In this document: one piece after another, positions 7,678 to 16,947 of the stretch
Layout: each line of letters opens with the position of its first letter
Position numbering within the stretch: the stretch's first letter is position 1
Origin: Planctomycetota bacterium
Lineage (GTDB): Bacteria > Planctomycetota > Phycisphaerae > Sedimentisphaerales > Anaerobacaceae
DNA length: 64,000 nucleotides
Assembly: GCA_042576845.1 (NCBI GenBank)
Contig: JBHPEQ010000004.1
Span: 1,131-65,130, forward strand
Direction of reading: 5' to 3'
Made by a program: the position numbers and the translations under genes
The notes under the pieces: model-generated
What the model was told of the DNA's origin: nothing
Databases searched by the model: none
The model's input: the letters and a program-made list of their open reading frames with translations, nothing else

Positions 7678-8766
7678 CTACAGGAACTTTTCTGGGGTTT
7701 TTTTTTCTATTATTTCGAGCAGCTCTTTTAGTCTGTGAGTCTGGTCAGCCGGGCAAACAAGAGTCGCATCGGGGCTGTGTGCGACGACCATATCTTCAAG
7801 GCCGATAGCTGCGATTAGGTGGTTTTTATCTTCGGTAACGATGAAATTGTTTTTGCAATCAAGGAGCCGGCTTATCTTTGCTGTGACAACGTTATTATTT
7901 TCATCGGATGTAATGATATCCGCAAGGGCGTTAAAAGAGCCCAAATCGAGCCAACGGCAGTCTAATTTGATTGCGTGGACGTTTTCGGCTTTTTCCATAA
8001 CTGCAAAATCTATACTGATTTTCGGCAGTTTCGGGAACCATTCCTGCAGAGTATGCTGCCGGCTTTCAGTGCCCCAGTCGGCTTGAATTTTAGTCAGCGG
8101 CTCGGCAGCTTCGGGAAGAAATTTTTTCAGATTTTGCAAAATGGTACCGGCCTTCCAGACGAATATGCCGGAGTTCCAAAAGTACCGGCCGGCCTTGATA
8201 TATTCCTTTGCAGCTTTTTCATCTGGTTTTTCTTTAAATTCCTTTACGGTATATATTTTGTTTGTGCAGCCCGTGGATTCAACGGGATTCATACAGTTTA
8301 TATAGCCGAGCCGGGTGTCAGGAAAAGTCGGCTGGATTCCAAAAATCATCAAACTGTCGGTGTTTTTGTTGACGAATGTTAAGGCGTCTTTAAGGGCATT
8401 TTGTATAGTTTCATCGGGCTTGATAATATGGTCTGCGGAGAGAACCGCCATCGTGGCGTCGGCATCGGATTTTAAGAGGACCGAAGCCGCCAATCCGATT
8501 GCACCTGTGGTATCGCGAACTGTTGGCTCAGCAATTATATTGCTTTCGGGCAATTCAGGCAGGTTCTCACGAACGAGGTCAGCATAGCCGGCGTTTGTCA
8601 GGACGATTATGTTTTCTTTGTCAAATACCGGCAAGAGCCGCTGGAAACAATGATAAAGAAGTGTCTGCCCATCGATTAAATGAAGGAGCTGCTTTGGCCG
8701 ATTTTTGCGACTTAGCGGCCATAATCTTTTTCCTGTCCCCCCTGCCATTATAACTGCGTGATTCAT
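7678..8766 (-). CDS. manC: Mannose-1-phosphate guanylyltransferase (no C-terminal PMI/cupin domain)
   Basis: N-terminal nucleotidyltransferase motif MAGGTGKRLWPLSR. 362 aa with overall ManC/CpsB-like block order. Confidence 0.85.
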   Translation of the reverse strand: MNHAVIMAGGTGKRLWPLSRKNRPKQLLHLIDGQTLLYHCFQRLLPVFDKENIIVLTNAGYADLVRENLPELPESNIIAEPTVRDTTGAIGLAASVLLKSDADATMAVLSADHIIKPDETIQNALKDALTFVNKNTDSLMIFGIQPTFPDTRLGYINCMNPVESTGCTNKIYTVKEFKEKPDEKAAKEYIKAGRYFWNSGIFVWKAGTILQNLKKFLPEAAEPLTKIQADWGTESRQHTLQEWFPKLPKISIDFAVMEKAENVHAIKLDCRWLDLGSFNALADIITSDENNNVVTAKISRLLDCKNNFIVTEDKNHLIAAIGLEDMVVAHSPDATLVCPADQTHRLKELLEIIEKKTPEKFL

Positions 8767-8839
8767 TTTCGTTCCCTATCAAGTCAAAGAAATGAAACTA
8801 TTATGACTTTGCATGCGATGTTTGTCAAGTTTACGCTGG

Positions 8840-10249
8840 TTAGAGCAGATAGTCCTTATCGAGTTCTGTTAAAGGAACGATTTCTTTAGCAAGTTCTTCA
8901 TAGCCTTCTCTTCCCATGAGTGCAAAGGTTGCTTCTTTGCCGAGTTCGACAGCCGGCTGGTCGTAAGTGTTGATATTGAACAAGGCCCCGGCAAAAGAAG
9001 TCGTTACTTCATATAAATAGATGAACTGGCCAACGGTATAGGCGTTAACTCTGTCGAAAATTACTGTAAGGCAAGGACGGCTGCTTGCCAAAAGGGCATA
9101 TTCGGTCGCCTTCTTCTCGCTGTTAAGAAGTTTGTCTAAATCCCTGCCGGCCAGATAACCAAGTTCCGGTGCACTATCAGGTGCAGGTCCTATTTCAAGC
9201 TTGTTATCAAAATTGTTGACCTGCAAGAATGTAAAGAGCTTATCATTAGGCCCTTCACGGTACAACTGGACCTGGCTGTGCTGGTCGGTGGTGCCGAGAG
9301 CTTTTACAGGCGTCGGACCTATGTGGACTTCATTGTCGGATAGGTCTGTTGCTTTTCCGAGACTCTCAGCCCAGAGCTGGCGGTACCAGTCGGCTAAATC
9401 CTTCAGGGCGTAGCTATACGGCATAATAACGGAGACATTCTTTCCCTGTTTGTAGTAATGGTAATTTATCGCAGCGTTTACAGCGGCGGGATTATTATAA
9501 AAGTCACTATCCCTGACCCTCTTATCCATATCGCGGGCGCCTTCCAGAAGCAAATCGATATCTATACCGCACATAGCGGCGCTGAACAACCCGACGGCAC
9601 TTAAAACGCTGAATCTGCCACCGACGCCCTGGGGAACTTCAAGGTAGCGAAGAGATGCTTTGTCGGCAATTTTGCGCAGTGTGCCTTCCTTTGGGTCGGT
9701 GGTTGCGACAACATGGTCTTTTAAGCCATCCCGGCCAAAACGGTCGAGCAGGAGTTTTCGAACAATCAGAAACTGGGCGGCTGTTTCTGCGGTTCTGCCG
9801 GATTTGCTGATGACGTTGAAGATAGTTTTATCGAGCTTATCTGAAAGCCAGTCGAGGAAAGAAGACAACTGGTCGGGGTCGACGTTGTCGAAGACGAATA
9901 GACGCGGGCCGGAACGTCGAGATTTATCGAGGTTGTGCATAAACGGATTCAGAGCGGTCTGCAGTGCGATGTTGCCAAGTGCGGAGCCGCCAATACCAAG
10001 CACGACAAGATTTTCGCAGCTATCTTGGAGGTCTGAAGCTAATTCTTTGACCTGCAGAGCTGTATCCGTATTAAAGAGCAGGTCTCTGTAAGGTGTTTTT
10101 CCCGCCTTTCTTTGTTCATTTAACTTCGCAATTATCGGCGTGGTCTTTTCAGCAAGAGCTTTAAGTTGAGCATTATTAATCCCGTGTTCTTCACCAATGA
10201 CGTCTGAGGTTATATTTTTGTAATAGAGTTTAATTCGAGTCTCAGCCAC
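8840..10249 (-). CDS. pgi: Glucose-6-phosphate isomerase (short bacterial form)
   Basis: GIGGSALG, GGRFSVLSAVGL and GTTDQHSQVQLYREGPNDK blocks typical of PGI. Confidence 0.9.
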   Translation of the reverse strand: MAETRIKLYYKNITSDVIGEEHGINNAQLKALAEKTTPIIAKLNEQRKAGKTPYRDLLFNTDTALQVKELASDLQDSCENLVVLGIGGSALGNIALQTALNPFMHNLDKSRRSGPRLFVFDNVDPDQLSSFLDWLSDKLDKTIFNVISKSGRTAETAAQFLIVRKLLLDRFGRDGLKDHVVATTDPKEGTLRKIADKASLRYLEVPQGVGGRFSVLSAVGLFSAAMCGIDIDLLLEGARDMDKRVRDSDFYNNPAAVNAAINYHYYKQGKNVSVIMPYSYALKDLADWYRQLWAESLGKATDLSDNEVHIGPTPVKALGTTDQHSQVQLYREGPNDKLFTFLQVNNFDNKLEIGPAPDSAPELGYLAGRDLDKLLNSEKKATEYALLASSRPCLTVIFDRVNAYTVGQFIYLYEVTTSFAGALFNINTYDQPAVELGKEATFALMGREGYEELAKEIVPLTELDKDYLL

Positions 10250-10275
10250 TGCTATTTTCCTTTATTCTGAACTTT

Positions 10276-12405
10276 CTATATTTTTTCGAGTTTTGCGTAT
10301 TTTAGCATCAGGGTTTTGGTTTGGCCAGAGTCGAATTTTATAACGATAACGGAGTTTTCGCCCATATCGTGGAATTCCTTAACGGTTCCTTGGCCGAAGG
10401 AGGGATGGCGGACAAGCTGGTCCTTTTTGAATGTTGAATCTTGTATATTTGAATCATCAATATCATCGCTTCTTTCGTAAACATATTCATTTTCTTCAAA
10501 GCTGTCAGCAAAATCTATTCCCATCTCGAAAAGGAACTGTGATGGACTTGTTCGCAGCAGTTGGCCTCGTATTGTTCTGTATTGTGCGCGAGATACAAAA
10601 AGGCGTTTTTTCGCCCTGGTTATTCCGACAAAGAACAGCCGGCGTTCCTCTTCAATCTCATCTTCCTCTTCACCGCTTCTTTCGTGCGGCAGCAGGCCGT
10701 CTTCAAGACCGGTGATAAAAACATTTTCAAATTCGAGACCCTTTGCAGAGTGGAGTGTCATGAGGGCTACCCTGCCGGCGGCTGGTTCGTAACTGTCAAC
10801 GTCACTGAACAGGGAAATTTGCTGAAGATAATCGAGCAGAGACGGTTCTTCTGCATCTTTGTCGTATTGCGCTGCTGCGTTTATCAATTCGTCAACATTT
10901 TCGAGAGCGTCTTTGCCGTCCTGGCCGGCATCTTGCAGTGACCGCTTCAGCCCGGATTCTATAAAGATACGCTCGATAAGGGGTGCCGTTTCTTTATCCA
11001 TAGCTTTTTTGAAGCTCTCTATCATACTAATAAAGACAGCGATACTGTTTTTCGCCCGGACGCTGAGCGCATCAATATTCTTTGCCTTTTGAAGGGCATC
11101 GTAAAAACCAATGTTGTGCACATCCGCGTAGGAGCGGACTTTATTGATTGTTGTTTTTCCTATGCCTCGTGTGGGTGTATTTATTATACGAGCCATCGCA
11201 TTTTCATCTTCGGGGTTTGCAAGGATTTTCAGATAGGCAAGAATGTCCCTTATTTCTTTTCTGCTGTAAAATTCAACCCCTTTAACGATTTGGTAGGGTA
11301 TTTTGTTTTTGATAAGCGCCTCTTCCAGTGGCCTGCTGGCGGAGTTAACACGATAGAATACAGCCGCCTCATTCAAAGAAGCGCCTTTATCAACAATTTC
11401 TTCGATTTGTTCGGCTATGCCCTGTGCTTCCGCTGATTCGTCTTCAAATACGTTAATTTCAATACTCCCGCCAGGTTCTTTTGTGGGGATGAGCCTTTTG
11501 AGTTTTCGATTCTGATTGGCGGCAATTAAATTGTCGGCAGCTTCGAGAATATTTGGAGTGCTTCTGAAGTTCTCCTCAAGCTTTATAACAGTTGCATCAG
11601 GCCAATCACTTTCAAAGGCCAATATATTTCGGATGTCGGCACCGCGCCATCGATAGATGGATTGGTCAGGGTCGCCTGTTGCGCAGATGTTATTGTGTTC
11701 GGATGCGAGCGATTTGGCAATTCTGTACTGGGCATGGTTGGTATCCTGATATTCATCTATAAGCAGGAATCTGAAGCGTTTGCCGAGCTCTAAGCGGACA
11801 TCGTCTGAGCTCTCGAGCAAAAACGCTGTCTGGACAAGCAGGTCGTCGAAATCAAGAGCGTTGTTCACTGTGAGAATACCCTGATATTTCTCGTATATTT
11901 TCAACAAAGTTTTTGAGAAGAAATCGTCGGCCATATTCTTAAACCCATCTATATCAATGAGCTTATTCTTCAAGGTCGATATTGCATCAAGCATTCTCGC
12001 AGGGGGAAAGTTTTTGGTGTCAATTTCGCAGTCTTTGACGGCCTGCCTGATGCAGCCGGTCTGGTCGGAGGCGTCAAAGATGCTGAAATTTGATTTTATA
12101 TCTGCTGCTTCGGCATATCGACGAAGGATTCTGACGCACAGCGAATGAAACGTGCTGATGTGCGAACCGGGCGGCGTGCCCATAGCCAGAACCCTTTGGC
12201 GCATCTCGTCCGCCGCTTTGTTTGTGAAGGTAATCGCACAGATGTTGCGTGGATTGATACCGGCCTCAATTAATGCGGCAATGCGGTATGTGATGACTCT
12301 TGTTTTTCCACTGCCGGGACCGGCTATGACAAGAAGCGGGCCTTCCGTGTGAAAAACCGCATTGCTTTGAGCCGGGGTCAGTTCCTGCATGACCTTTTTG
12401 TGCAT
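10276..12405 (-). CDS. UvrD/PcrA/Rep-family ATP-dependent DNA helicase
   Basis: Walker A AGPGSGKTRV, helicase motifs FTNKAADEM, LLIDEYQDTN, GDPDQSIYRWRGA, ENFRS, MTLHSAKGLEF and VGITRAK, plus the C-terminal Tudor-like tail. Confidence 0.9.
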   Translation of the reverse strand: MHKKVMQELTPAQSNAVFHTEGPLLVIAGPGSGKTRVITYRIAALIEAGINPRNICAITFTNKAADEMRQRVLAMGTPPGSHISTFHSLCVRILRRYAEAADIKSNFSIFDASDQTGCIRQAVKDCEIDTKNFPPARMLDAISTLKNKLIDIDGFKNMADDFFSKTLLKIYEKYQGILTVNNALDFDDLLVQTAFLLESSDDVRLELGKRFRFLLIDEYQDTNHAQYRIAKSLASEHNNICATGDPDQSIYRWRGADIRNILAFESDWPDATVIKLEENFRSTPNILEAADNLIAANQNRKLKRLIPTKEPGGSIEINVFEDESAEAQGIAEQIEEIVDKGASLNEAAVFYRVNSASRPLEEALIKNKIPYQIVKGVEFYSRKEIRDILAYLKILANPEDENAMARIINTPTRGIGKTTINKVRSYADVHNIGFYDALQKAKNIDALSVRAKNSIAVFISMIESFKKAMDKETAPLIERIFIESGLKRSLQDAGQDGKDALENVDELINAAAQYDKDAEEPSLLDYLQQISLFSDVDSYEPAAGRVALMTLHSAKGLEFENVFITGLEDGLLPHERSGEEEDEIEEERRLFFVGITRAKKRLFVSRAQYRTIRGQLLRTSPSQFLFEMGIDFADSFEENEYVYERSDDIDDSNIQDSTFKKDQLVRHPSFGQGTVKEFHDMGENSVIVIKFDSGQTKTLMLKYAKLEKI

Positions 12406-12426
12406 AAGCTCCGTTCGTAGTTTATA

Positions 12427-14217
12427 TTATTGTGATTGTTGCTGCTGAGATTGTTGGCGTATTTTTTCCACCTGTTCCTGTAACTGCTCAAAAAGCTCGG
12501 GCTTTTCAAGCTTTATTCGACCGAGCAGATTTCGCCTCAGCTCGAGTGGAAATTGTGTGTCGTTTAGAAAGTCACGAAGGGCAAGGGATTTCATCACGTT
12601 GAAGCTCGGCAGGTTTATTCTCCATTCGTCGCTTTCCCTATCGTGATAATATTCCTGAACATGTTTTGCCAGTCTTTCTCTTGCGGCGGCCTCATTGTCG
12701 TCATGCATTGCGTATCGAAAATAGCTTTCGTGAAGCATCATCTGTATCATTTCTTTTGCGTTATTGATTTCAAGGTTTTGTAACTCATAAAGAAAATGAT
12801 GTCTCACAAAACTAACAAGCGTGACGTTGAAGTCTTCTCTTGGGTAGAGTTTTCTTAATAAGTTGTAGATTTTGCGTGCCTGGTCTTCGTGGCCGGCCTG
12901 ATAAAATGAAAAGACCGCATTTTCGAGCATGTTTCTATGGCCTATCTGGAAGGATTCAAAAGTGCCCTGATATTCGATGTCTTTGTATCTTTCGAGGATA
13001 GCCATAACAGACTGATTGTAGGATTCAAACATTCTTAAATCCGGGCGTATATATATATCCTCGCTCCTCTCTACTCGTCCGTTAGCAGCAGCGGATTGTG
13101 CGCCCGGGTCTGATTGTTCCGCGGCTGGAAGGTCATAGATGTAAATTTTGCCGAAGCGAAAGAGATTTTGCAGACTATGGTTGACAATTCTGTCGGTGTT
13201 GGTTTGGTCAACGAAAAATTCCTCTTTTCCCGCAACCTGAAGACCCTTGACAGCCCAGTAGATTGCATGAGTATCAGGATGTCTCCACTCAAGAGGATGG
13301 TGGGTATTGGGGTCATTCCAGTCAATAGGGCCGTATTTTTGATTTAACTGCTGCATCAAAACTGGGTTTAATTTCCAGGTATTTAGCAGATGATACGCTT
13401 TGGCGAACAAATCAAATTTTTGCAGAGCTGCTGTCCCTCTGAAGTTGTCGATTACTTCAAAGGCCTGCCGATTGAATTGATTAGGATTTTGTCTCAGTGC
13501 CAGATATCTATTTGCCAATTCGTCGTTGTCGTCGAAGGACTCGTCGGCAGATTTGAGTGCTTTGACGAAGTCACTAACGGCCGGGTCTTTTGTTATTTCC
13601 TCGAATTCGGTGGGGGCTTTAGCGAGAGCTTCGAAATACTCATTATCTGCCGGACCAAGCAGCGGCTCCATAGCTTTTGCGATCTGCAGTTTGTAATATT
13701 TGTGAGCCTCATCTTGTACGCCTCCGATTTTGTGCTGGAATATTCTACCAAGTTCTCGATAGAGAGAGATGCTTCTCGGATTGAGTGGGATGCCCTTGTC
13801 TCTGAGCAGTTCGTAGCCGTTTTTGACCCATCTCCATCTTTCGTGCGGCTGAGTTTCAGGTATTGCGACTGAGATATTATACGCCATATTCCAGGCGCGG
13901 AATTCCCAGACGGAAGAGAATCTTGGCTGTAGAATTGTAATCCACTCTGCGAGCTGCTTCGCATCGAAAAACTCACCCTGTGATTTTAGCTCATCGGCAC
14001 GTATCCACAAGGCATCGACTATGAGTCCCCTGAAAGCCCCCAGAGCAACAGTTGCAAACGCCAATGACGGCGGAGCATTCTTTAGCGGCTCGCTGCTTAT
14101 TAGCTCCATCTCGCTCCGCTGAGAGTTGATATAGTTAAGCTGGCTTCCGGCGATAATAAATAATGTTACCGCCAGTGCAAGGCATACAAAACAAATTACT
14201 AAATCACGTACACGCAT
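12427..14217 (-). CDS. N-terminally membrane-anchored, predominantly helical protein of unknown function with a Gln-rich C-terminus
   Basis: 596-aa ORF with tight spacing to its neighbours. Single N-terminal TM (LVICFVCLALAVTLFIIAG). I recognise no catalytic motif. It ends QQSQQQQSQ. Confidence 0.6.
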   Translation of the reverse strand: MRVRDLVICFVCLALAVTLFIIAGSQLNYINSQRSEMELISSEPLKNAPPSLAFATVALGAFRGLIVDALWIRADELKSQGEFFDAKQLAEWITILQPRFSSVWEFRAWNMAYNISVAIPETQPHERWRWVKNGYELLRDKGIPLNPRSISLYRELGRIFQHKIGGVQDEAHKYYKLQIAKAMEPLLGPADNEYFEALAKAPTEFEEITKDPAVSDFVKALKSADESFDDNDELANRYLALRQNPNQFNRQAFEVIDNFRGTAALQKFDLFAKAYHLLNTWKLNPVLMQQLNQKYGPIDWNDPNTHHPLEWRHPDTHAIYWAVKGLQVAGKEEFFVDQTNTDRIVNHSLQNLFRFGKIYIYDLPAAEQSDPGAQSAAANGRVERSEDIYIRPDLRMFESYNQSVMAILERYKDIEYQGTFESFQIGHRNMLENAVFSFYQAGHEDQARKIYNLLRKLYPREDFNVTLVSFVRHHFLYELQNLEINNAKEMIQMMLHESYFRYAMHDDNEAAARERLAKHVQEYYHDRESDEWRINLPSFNVMKSLALRDFLNDTQFPLELRRNLLGRIKLEKPELFEQLQEQVEKIRQQSQQQQSQ

Positions 14218-14286
14218 ACTTACTTTCTCTGGCCGACAAGGTCTAAGTAAAGCCGGCTTGTGAGCACAATATATTCTAAATCATTG

Positions 14287-15657
14287 TTATATTATAACTT
14301 TTGCTATTTCTCTAAAGCTGAAAATAAGTACAGCAAAGACAAATAACAAAACCGCCTTTAAGCAAACCATAAGTCCGGCAGCTTTCACCAAAAAGGCCCA
14401 GCTTAATAATCGTGCCGGAATGAGAAATTTTGTCGGATTAAATTTATCAAACTGCGGCAAAAGGTGCACTATGGGCCTGAGCAGTAAAGAAGAGATTTTA
14501 CTGAAGTTGTCGGTAACAAAATTAAAAGATTCGAGAACAAAACCACTAAGAACAGCAGCGGTAAAAACCGCAAGGCAAAGCAAAATTGCAACAGGAAACG
14601 ACAGAAAGCTTGATGCTAATATTCCCAAACAGGCAAGAAAGATTAAACGCAGCAGAATCAGAAAAGCAGCTCGTATATAATTGGCGGTGAAGGTATCTGC
14701 CTTGTACAGCACTTCCAGCCCATCCGGAGGAAAGATTACAGTAGTTGGATTATCAGGCATATTAAGAAAAGCCACAGCAAGATAACCATCGTCGGCAATG
14801 ACATCTGCCGGAAATTTGATTTCGTGAAAGGTTCGGATGAGGTCTTTGCGAACGAACTCACGCACGGGAGTTTTCGGCATGATGCCGTATTCGAGTTGTC
14901 GCAGGTCGCCGATAAGCCATGCACCTTTAACCTGTAAATCCACAGGATTCACTGATACGTCGTATTTGTATCTTAAATACAAACTCTGATTAGGGTCAAA
15001 AATCCTGAGGTTTTGGAAATCCCAGCGCAACTCATACCCCGGCTGAGCAGCACGCGCCCAGAGTTTCTTTCGATTGGCAATCTCTTCTTTGATTCTGTCG
15101 GGTGACATACGCGAAAAAAGCTCATCCAGTTGACCGGTTTCTTCGAGCTTCTCGTAGGTTTCGTTAACTTCGCGGCTGACATCTGGTTCGCCGGGCTTCA
15201 AGCCCGCTCGGGCGGTGAAAAACTCATTTTGCGCTTCTATCCGGCCGGCATTATCAACATTGACCAAGCTTGGGGTGTAAATAATAACGGCATACATAAA
15301 TGCGGAAAAGAAAGTTAACAAAGCAACGTCAAGCAAAATAACCCCAACAAGATTTCCGAGCAGAAGCTGGTACCGACGAATCGGTTTTGTCAGAACGGTA
15401 TATATCTGTTTTTGTTTTATGTCATTTGTGATAGAGTAAACCGAGATGATAATAGTAAGCACACAAAGCAAAAAGCTTGTGAGCGAAAGTCCATAGCTTA
15501 CAAAGGTCTGCAACCGGCCTTTGAGCGTGCCGTCTCCTGTTGCCGTAATGCTCATTACTGCCAGCAGGATGAGCAATAAAAGTAAAAAGAAGACAGCAGT
15601 TTTCATCCTGATAGCCCGTTTTATAGTATTCTTCGCCACTGCCCAGATACTACTCAT
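14287..15657 (-). CDS. ABC-2-type transporter permease with a roughly 200-aa non-membrane insert
   Basis: It begins 5 nt after the ABC ATPase gene. The N-terminus (AVAKNTIKRAIR...LTKPIRR) is paralogous to the ORF at 23445-24407. Three TM segments, a long hydrophilic insert, then three TM segments. Confidence 0.65.
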   Translation of the reverse strand: MSSIWAVAKNTIKRAIRMKTAVFFLLLLLILLAVMSITATGDGTLKGRLQTFVSYGLSLTSFLLCVLTIIISVYSITNDIKQKQIYTVLTKPIRRYQLLLGNLVGVILLDVALLTFFSAFMYAVIIYTPSLVNVDNAGRIEAQNEFFTARAGLKPGEPDVSREVNETYEKLEETGQLDELFSRMSPDRIKEEIANRKKLWARAAQPGYELRWDFQNLRIFDPNQSLYLRYKYDVSVNPVDLQVKGAWLIGDLRQLEYGIMPKTPVREFVRKDLIRTFHEIKFPADVIADDGYLAVAFLNMPDNPTTVIFPPDGLEVLYKADTFTANYIRAAFLILLRLIFLACLGILASSFLSFPVAILLCLAVFTAAVLSGFVLESFNFVTDNFSKISSLLLRPIVHLLPQFDKFNPTKFLIPARLLSWAFLVKAAGLMVCLKAVLLFVFAVLIFSFREIAKVII

Positions 15658-15662
15658 TTTCT

Positions 15663-16913
15663 TTAGTTCCCTAACGGTTTATCTCTCTGCTCGTCGCTCT
15701 TTTCATCATTTGGTTGTTGATTTGTGAGCTGCTCCAAGACATCCTCTTTGCTTTCGTTCTCGCCCCTTAGGGGCGGCTCCCGGGGCTCCTTTTCGTCTTT
15801 CTCTGGTTTGCTAACAATGGGCTTCGATGTTTCTGCGTCAGCGGGTTTGGTCAAATGGGTAAGCAGTTCTTCGTCGGTCTTTCGTTCGGGTTCTTCAGGC
15901 GGAACAGGCGTTTGTGTCTTTGGAGTTTCAGGCCGCACCTCGGGCGATACGGGGGAGAGAAGTTTATCGAGAATGGCTTCGCGTCGGCCTTTTTCATCTG
16001 TTTGAGAGGCGAGAAAATCGGCGACAGTGGCTTTGCTGTCAGAGACGGCGCCACTTGTCGGTTGTGCTTTTCGCTGCGCTGCGGCGACTGTTTTGACGAA
16101 GAAGGTTTCGAGTTTATCCATCGGGGATGTTATTTCGCAGTCGGCATTTTCGTTTTGTATTAGTTGTTTTATCTTCTCTATAGTGTTGTCGCTGATATTA
16201 CCGGTAGTAATTTGCTTTTTATCCGTCTGTCGCAGTAGTTCTCTTACTTCGCCCTCGGTTTGTATACTGCCGCCGTAGAGAATCGAGATTCTGTCGCATA
16301 CGTCTTCGACATCAGCAAGCAAATGACTACAGAGCAGGACGGTTTTGCCCCTCTCGGACAGCTTTAGTACCAAATCTTTTATTTGTCTTGTGCCGATTGG
16401 GTCAAGGCCGGTAGTCGGCTCGTCCAGAATCAATAGTTCCGGGTCGTTTATCAACGCCTGTGCGAGTCCGATTCTTCTGGCCATTCCCTTCGAAAAAGTC
16501 CCGACCGGCCTGTTCGCTACGGCTTTTAAACCGACCATATCAAGCAATGCCTCTGTTCGCATTTTACGCACCCTTGCAGGCAGTTTGAACAATCTGCCAT
16601 AGAAATCGAGCGTTTCGCGTGCGTTCAAATACCGATAGAGATAAGATTCTTCGGGCATAAAACCGATTCGGGCGCTGATTTTGGGATTGCTGCTGTCCCC
16701 TCCGAGAGCAATTGCTTTTCCCTTGGTGGGATACAGTAAGCCGAGAAGCATTTTCAACGTGGTGGTTTTTCCAGAGCCGTTAGGACCAAGCAGGCCATAT
16801 ACTTCGTTATAACTGATCTGAAGATTGAGGTCGTTTACGGCATAGACCTTGTTTCGACCCCACCAGTCGGAAAATATTTTTGTTAAATTGATGGTTTCAA
16901 CGGCATACTTCAT
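15663..16913 (-). CDS. ABC transporter ATP-binding protein with long Pro/Glu/Lys-rich C-terminal tail
   Basis: Walker A GPNGSGKTT, signature-like FSKGMARR and Walker B LLILDEPTTGLD. The last roughly 170 aa are low complexity (PETPKTQTPVPPEEPERK...). Confidence 0.9.
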   Translation of the reverse strand: MKYAVETINLTKIFSDWWGRNKVYAVNDLNLQISYNEVYGLLGPNGSGKTTTLKMLLGLLYPTKGKAIALGGDSSNPKISARIGFMPEESYLYRYLNARETLDFYGRLFKLPARVRKMRTEALLDMVGLKAVANRPVGTFSKGMARRIGLAQALINDPELLILDEPTTGLDPIGTRQIKDLVLKLSERGKTVLLCSHLLADVEDVCDRISILYGGSIQTEGEVRELLRQTDKKQITTGNISDNTIEKIKQLIQNENADCEITSPMDKLETFFVKTVAAAQRKAQPTSGAVSDSKATVADFLASQTDEKGRREAILDKLLSPVSPEVRPETPKTQTPVPPEEPERKTDEELLTHLTKPADAETSKPIVSKPEKDEKEPREPPLRGENESKEDVLEQLTNQQPNDEKSDEQRDKPLGN

Positions 16914-16947
16914 AATCTTGTGTTCTCAAGCAATCGGTTTTTAATAT

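Noticed and set aside
13390-13872. Antisense or overlapping ORFs of 100-210 aa inside well-supported genes (for example 13390..13872, 20804..21334, 27921..28481, 31370..32002, 37454..37969, 40475..40939 and 10561..10941).
   Set aside because: Each lies fully within a gene that has strong family motifs on the other strand or frame, and none has motifs of its own.
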